From: Desulfomonilia bacterium
Lineage (GTDB): Bacteria; Desulfobacterota; Desulfomonilia; UBA1062
Direction of reading: 5' to 3'
DNA: 64,000 nucleotides
NCBI GenBank assembly: GCA_963664325.2
Contig: CAXXDQ010000007.1
Coordinates: 96,001 to 160,000, forward strand
Positions 59,216-64,000 of this stretch are shown piece after piece. Within the stretch, counting starts at the first letter, position 1. Every line of letters starts with the position of its first letter. The translations under genes were made by a program, and so were the position numbers. The notes below the pieces were generated by a model. It was not told the origin of the DNA, made no database searches, and was given only the letters and a program-made list of their open reading frames with translations.

Positions 59216-60040
59216 TCATCCCGTTTTTCCCAGAAGAATACCGTAGATTTCGTTTTTGGGCCTTTTATACAAGTCGTGCAGAATCCTGGCGGCGTCGCGT
59301 TTTGAACACCCGCTTTCGAGCAGCTCTCCGGCCTTGACCGCGATATCAGGAAGCTCCTCCCTTTCAACTGCACAGCCGCTTATGATAACCGTTATCTCGC
59401 CTTTCGGCTCCGCATCCCTGAACCGGGAAATGGCTTCGCTTACGCTGCCCGTAAAATATTCCTCATGAACCTTGGTTAGCTCCCGGGCGATGCAGGTCCG
59501 GACATCCCCCAGATGTTCCCTGATGAATTCAAGTGTTGAAAGAAGCCTTAAGGGGGATTCGTAGAAGACGGTTGCTTCATCCGGGTTCTTCATCTTCGCG
59601 ATCTCTGAGAGGGCCTGCTTCTCCTTTCTCGGGAAGAAGCCTGTAAACCGGAACCTGCAGTCAAGGCCGGAGGCGCTCAGCGCAGTTACAAAGGCGCATG
59701 CGCCGGGCAGGGCGACAACGCTGATGCCCTTACTTCTCGCCTCGATGACAAGCCTGGCGCCGGGGTCGCTTATCAGGGGCGTGCCTCCGTCGCTGACGAG
59801 CGCGATATTTTCACCGTGATCAAGTCTTTCAATCAAAGCTTTGAGTCTTCTGCTCTCGCTGAATTTTTCATACGAAAGAAGGGGTTTCTTGATTTCGTAA
59901 TGGTTCAGCAGTTTGAGCGTGTGGCGCGTGTCTTCGCATGCGACAAGATCGACCTCTGATAATGTTTCAAGAGCCCTTAATGTTATGTCCCTGAGGTTGC
60001 CGATAGGAGTGGGTACTATGAAGAGCGTGCCTTTTCCCAT
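59216..60040 (-). CDS. rsmI: 16S rRNA C1402 2'-O-methyltransferase
   Basis: VPTPIGNLRDITLRA, CEDTR, SDGGTPLISDPG, YESP, RELTKVHEE, KGE. Confidence 0.96.
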   Translation of the reverse strand: MGKGTLFIVPTPIGNLRDITLRALETLSEVDLVACEDTRHTLKLLNHYEIKKPLLSYEKFSESRRLKALIERLDHGENIALVSDGGTPLISDPGARLVIEARSKGISVVALPGACAFVTALSASGLDCRFRFTGFFPRKEKQALSEIAKMKNPDEATVFYESPLRLLSTLEFIREHLGDVRTCIARELTKVHEEYFTGSVSEAISRFRDAEPKGEITVIISGCAVEREELPDIAVKAGELLESGCSKRDAARILHDLYKRPKNEIYGILLGKTG

Positions 60041-60160
60041 TGAATTCGACTTTCCTCCCATCACTCACCCTTTATTACAGAATTTATTTGCTTTCTTTCC
60101 TTTCCCGGGCCGGGATAATGATGTATATGTCATCTGTTTTATACAAAGTGAAGGGTAAAA

Positions 60161-61885
60161 ATGGATTCGCTTAAACGAGACAAAAATTTGCGCCCCAAAG
60201 AAATTGAGGAAACCCCTGAATACATGCGCAAACTCTTCATAATGCCCAATTCTCCGGACAGGTTCATAGAGTTCGGCGACAGCCTGCTCGACATGATACA
60301 CGATTTTTTCAAGGAAAAGGGGGGCATACACTCGTCCATCACGATGGACGACCTCAGCAGGATTTTCAACAACACAGAAATGCCCAAAACACCCATGCTG
60401 ATAAAGGACCTTCTTGACGAGATAAAGAAGAATATAATCAATCATTCCGTAAAAGTGGCCAATCCGTATTATATCGGCCACATGACATCGGCCGTGCCGT
60501 ATTTCATGATACTGCTGGAGATGATCTCCGTAAGCCTGAACCAGAACCAGGTCAAGATCGAAAGCGCCAAGGCGTCCTCCTTTGTCGAAAGGGAATTTCT
60601 GTGCTGGATGCACAGGCTGGTTTTCCGCAAATCATCCCATTTCTATGAAAAGAACATCCAGAACCATAAGATTGCCCTGGGCAACATCACCTCTGACGGG
60701 ACTATCGCCAACCTCACTGGGTTCATGCTGGCCAGCGCCAGGGCGTTCCCTCCCGACGGGCACAAGTTCAGCGGGATAAGGAAGGAAGGCCTTGCACGCT
60801 CGCTCGAATACTACGGGTACCGGCAGGCAGTGATACTGGTATCCAAGCGCGGGCACTATTCAATATGCAAATCCGGGGCGCTCCTGGGGATAGGGGAAAA
60901 GGGGATCGTCTACTCGCCGGTGCACCCGTACACGAACAACATTGATATAGACAGGCTCTGGCAGACGATTGAAAGAATTATGAAAGAAGACAGGGCTTAC
61001 GGGAAACCGACCAAGATACTTGCAATTGTCGGTATTGCAGGCACGACCGAAACGGGAAATATCGATAACCTGGATGCGCTTGCGGACATAGCAAAGGAGC
61101 TTGATTCGCACTACCATGTCGATGCCGCCTGGGGCGGCGGTGCGCTGCTCATGGAGGGGGGCAGGGAAATGCTGAAGGGCATAGAAAGGGCCGATTCCGT
61201 AAGCTTTGACGCCCACAAGCTGCTCTATTCCCCCAACTCGATGGGTGTCTGCCTTTTCAGAAACGCGGAAGATTCCGAATACCTGTACCACACGGCCAAC
61301 TACATCATAAGAGAGGGTTCGGTCGACCAGGGCAGGTTCACGCTCGAAGGTTCACGGCCGTTTGCCTGCCTCAAACCCTGGGCCGCCCTGAAAATCATAG
61401 GCAGGAAGGGCTATGAACTGATATTCGAGCATGCCAAGCTGCTGCAGAAGACCTTCGTGGAGCTGCTCGAGGAGGAACCCCTGTTCGAGCAGATGAACAA
61501 GCCTGAGCTCTTCATTATCAATTACCGCTTTGTCCCCAGGGAGTTGAAAAAGATGCTTGAAAAATGCATGCATGACCCGAAAGAGCATGCCACAAGCATA
61601 ACCATGATCAACAACGTCCTTAATGAACTCAATATCGAGCTTCATAAAAAGATCAGGGAAAATGATACCTCCTTCGTCTCAAGAACCCGCATTGAATCCA
61701 CAAGGTATGCACCACGCAGGACTGTCGTATTGAGGGCGATCACCATCAATCCCAATACGGAGCCCGATATGATCAGGCAGATACTTGACGAGCATAAGAA
61801 ACTCGGCCAGGAGATATGGGATTCAAAGCATATCCTCAAGAACACCTTCAGGATCTACAAGAAGCTGAACGAGACAGTGAACTGA
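60161..61885 (+). CDS. panP: PLP-dependent decarboxylase, PanP-type aspartate 1-decarboxylase
   Basis: IGHMTSA, LNQNQVKIE, GTIANLT, RGHYS, AGTTETG, HVDAAWGG, DAHK, TLEGSRP. Confidence 0.8.
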   Translation: MDSLKRDKNLRPKEIEETPEYMRKLFIMPNSPDRFIEFGDSLLDMIHDFFKEKGGIHSSITMDDLSRIFNNTEMPKTPMLIKDLLDEIKKNIINHSVKVANPYYIGHMTSAVPYFMILLEMISVSLNQNQVKIESAKASSFVEREFLCWMHRLVFRKSSHFYEKNIQNHKIALGNITSDGTIANLTGFMLASARAFPPDGHKFSGIRKEGLARSLEYYGYRQAVILVSKRGHYSICKSGALLGIGEKGIVYSPVHPYTNNIDIDRLWQTIERIMKEDRAYGKPTKILAIVGIAGTTETGNIDNLDALADIAKELDSHYHVDAAWGGGALLMEGGREMLKGIERADSVSFDAHKLLYSPNSMGVCLFRNAEDSEYLYHTANYIIREGSVDQGRFTLEGSRPFACLKPWAALKIIGRKGYELIFEHAKLLQKTFVELLEEEPLFEQMNKPELFIINYRFVPRELKKMLEKCMHDPKEHATSITMINNVLNELNIELHKKIRENDTSFVSRTRIESTRYAPRRTVVLRAITINPNTEPDMIRQILDEHKKLGQEIWDSKHILKNTFRIYKKLNETVN

Positions 61886-62163
61886 ACCGGCAAGCCACAT
61901 CCTAAAAACGTCTGCTGAAACGACCACCGGGGCGATGCCATTTCCAAAGCGTGCAAAAATATCAGGCCTCTATCGGGAATCACCGGCCGTTGGGATTTTC
62001 CTGCTTAAACATTCAGCCGGAGATATTCTGAAGACGGCTCATACCGGGAGAAAGCATGTCTCTGTTGCAAAAGGATTTGCCTGTCCCTGAGTCAAGATGC
62101 AGGAGAAAAAGGCGCTTTCTTAAGCAAAGACATATAGGTGAGGGGTATACCTTGTCGTTTTTC

Positions 62164-62191
62164 TTGAATGAATATATAAGAAGTGTATAAT
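62164..62191 (+). promoter_or_regulatory. Putative lon promoter
   Basis: TTGAAT-N16-TATAAT about 125 nt upstream of the lon ATG. Confidence 0.4.
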
Positions 62192-62315
62192 CAGGAACAA
62201 ATAGACTGGGGATTAGGGGACGGCAGAATACGGTATATGTCCGGCGGATGCATCCGGAGTCGAGACGCCGGATGTTTTACCACACAACAACGAATATTCA
62301 TAAAGGGGTTTTATT

Positions 62316-64000
62316 ATGTTTGCAATGATAGTCAGGGATAATGTCTTTTTCCCGCACAGCTCTTTTTCTCTCAAGGTAAGTCCCGAGATGGCCGAACTTC
62401 TGAAAGCGCAGGGAGAACTGGCGATCTTTTTCAAAACACCCATGTCTTCTGGCGATATAGGCGTCAGGTGCTTGGTCAGGGAAGCGAAAGACGATATGGT
62501 CTTCATTGAAGGCGAATGCCGGATCAGGTCCATGGAGCGAATTGACGGGGAAATAGGCGACATACAGGTTACGGATATCCCGGACTGGTATGAAAAAAAC
62601 CTCCTGAACGAAGGGCTGATCCAGGGCGTAAGGGCGCTGGTCAAGCTCGTTTTTCCCAATTCCGGGCTCAATCTCATGAAGGAAAAAAATCCCGGCTCCT
62701 TTGCGGATATGGTGGCTGCGAACATAGACCTGCCTGTCCAGGAAAAGTTGAGGTTCCTTTACACCCCTGACAGCATGACAAGGATAAAACTGGTTTTCGG
62801 TTATCTTAACCGTGTAAACCCTAAAGCGGCTCAGCGCGCGAACAATTCAAAGGCAAACAACCCTATGGCGGAAGAGACAAAAGAACTTGAGGAAAGAATC
62901 GAAAGGACCCCCTTATCGGATGAAGCCAGGTCCGCCCTGGAAAAGGAAATGGGCAGGCTCAAATATATGCATCAGTATTCGCCTGAATACACAGTCAGCA
63001 GGAGTTATATCGAGTTCATCCTCGACATGCCCTGGGAGATAAGGACGCGGGATTTCATTGATATTGACAAGGCGAAGGCGGTCCTTGACCGTGACCATTT
63101 CGACCTCAAGGAGGCAAAGGAAAGGATACTGGAATTCCTTGCCGTCAGAAAGCTCAAGGCGGATTCGAAGGGGTCGATCATTTGTTTCGTCGGGCCCCCG
63201 GGCGTTGGAAAGACGTCCCTCGGGAAAAGCATAGCAGAGGCCATGGGCAGAAAATATATCAGGATGTCGCTGGGGGGCATTCGTGACGAGGCGGAAATAA
63301 GGGGACACCGCAGGACCTATATCGGAGCCATGCCCGGCCGGGTTATCAAGGAGATACAGCGGGCCGGCACCATGAATCCCGTATTCGTATTCGACGAAAT
63401 CGATAAACTCGGAAAGGATTTCAGGGGGGACCCCGCATCGGCCATGCTGGAGGTGCTCGATCCTGAACAGAACTTCTCGTTCAAGGACAATTACATGGAA
63501 ATCCCGTTCGACCTTTCGCAGGTCATGTTCATAGCAACGGCAAACACCACCGAGACGATACCTGCGACGCTCCTTGACAGGATGGAGATAATAGACATCG
63601 CCGGATATTCCGATGGCGAAAAACTGAATATCGCAAAGCTGCACCTCATAAGAAAAAAAGCTGCGGAATCCGGACTTGAAAAAGAGCCGATCGTTTTCGA
63701 TGATGAGGCCCTGAGGATGATTATCAACTTCTACACGGCCGAGTCGGGGGTGCGGGACCTTGAAAGGAAGATAGAAAGCATATTCAGGAAAAGCGCAAAG
63801 AAGAAGGCCTCGGATATCGATATTCCCCACCAGGTGACCTGCGATATTGTTCGTGAATACCTGGGACCCGTCACCAGGTATAAAGAGCAGGCCATGAGCA
63901 GCGACTGCATAGGAATTTCCACAGGGCTTGCATGGACGCCTGCCGGCGGCGAGATCCTGCTCATCGAGGTGTCGTCGATGCCCGGCTCCGGAAAGACCGA
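62316..64000 (+). CDS. lon: Lon protease (endopeptidase La), 3' end runs off the window
   Basis: Hand translation from ATG 62316 (absent from the ORF track): LDRDHFDL, CFVGPPGVGKTS, GGIRDEAEIRGHRRTYIGAMPG, DEIDK, GDPASAMLEVLDPEQN, GLAWTPAGG. Confidence 0.95.
   Translation, partial: MFAMIVRDNVFFPHSSFSLKVSPEMAELLKAQGELAIFFKTPMSSGDIGVRCLVREAKDDMVFIEGECRIRSMERIDGEIGDIQVTDIPDWYEKNLLNEGLIQGVRALVKLVFPNSGLNLMKEKNPGSFADMVAANIDLPVQEKLRFLYTPDSMTRIKLVFGYLNRVNPKAAQRANNSKANNPMAEETKELEERIERTPLSDEARSALEKEMGRLKYMHQYSPEYTVSRSYIEFILDMPWEIRTRDFIDIDKAKAVLDRDHFDLKEAKERILEFLAVRKLKADSKGSIICFVGPPGVGKTSLGKSIAEAMGRKYIRMSLGGIRDEAEIRGHRRTYIGAMPGRVIKEIQRAGTMNPVFVFDEIDKLGKDFRGDPASAMLEVLDPEQNFSFKDNYMEIPFDLSQVMFIATANTTETIPATLLDRMEIIDIAGYSDGEKLNIAKLHLIRKKAAESGLEKEPIVFDDEALRMIINFYTAESGVRDLERKIESIFRKSAKKKASDIDIPHQVTCDIVREYLGPVTRYKEQAMSSDCIGISTGLAWTPAGGEILLIEVSSMPGSGKT

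Noticed and set aside
61890-62160. Possible ncRNA between panP and lon
   Set aside because: No tRNA, riboswitch or other RNA family recognised by eye; an Rfam scan would be needed.
62913-63830. 305-aa minus-strand ORF, and 62213-62725
   Set aside because: Antisense shadows of lon, which is missing from the ORF track only because it has no stop in the window.

Overview
Bacterial chromosomal window of about 50% GC by eye. Gene content (iorAB-paaK-ACT, a PilY1 minor-pilin cluster, PanP, a PK_C-only protein) suggests an anaerobic deltaproteobacterium of the Desulfobacterota/Syntrophales type; this is inference only. Left to right: (1) a GPH transporter, ribulokinase, FucI-like isomerase and GH172 (DUF2961) operon, most simply read as D-arabinofuranoside/D-arabinose catabolism; (2) a variable patch with higBA, a RAYT C-terminal remnant, an AT-rich lipoprotein gene and a palindromic repeat; (3) an SCP2 gene with a Gfo/Idh/MocA::M24 fusion behind a FadR-type operator, and an ECH, acyl-CoA synthetase, radical SAM operon; (4) iorAB-paaK-ACT; (5) type IV minor pilins with a Cys-rich PilY1; (6) an RND efflux system with a PII-like partner, and lipoprotein hydrolases; (7) an intact RAYT (HUH-Y1) gene inside 30-bp terminal inverted repeats, next to an orphan Rhs C-terminus carrying a Tlde1/DUF2778-like toxin and a putative immunity gene; (8) a housekeeping run pgi-mutL...miaA-ttcA-yciO-rne/rng, split between mutL and miaA by about 8.5 kb of cargo that includes a repeat-flanked orphan higA and an AT-rich HEPN-motif gene; (9) flavodoxin, aldo/keto reductase, marC, rsmI, panP and a partial lon. 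No rRNA, tRNA or CRISPR array was recognised. The best candidates for an undescribed system are the TIR-bounded RAYT with GGGGAC/GGGGTC end motifs at cargo hotspots, the GH172-FucI-AraB pathway, and the repeated architecture of palindrome, AT-rich cargo and HigA. All calls come from motif recognition by eye; no database searches were run.
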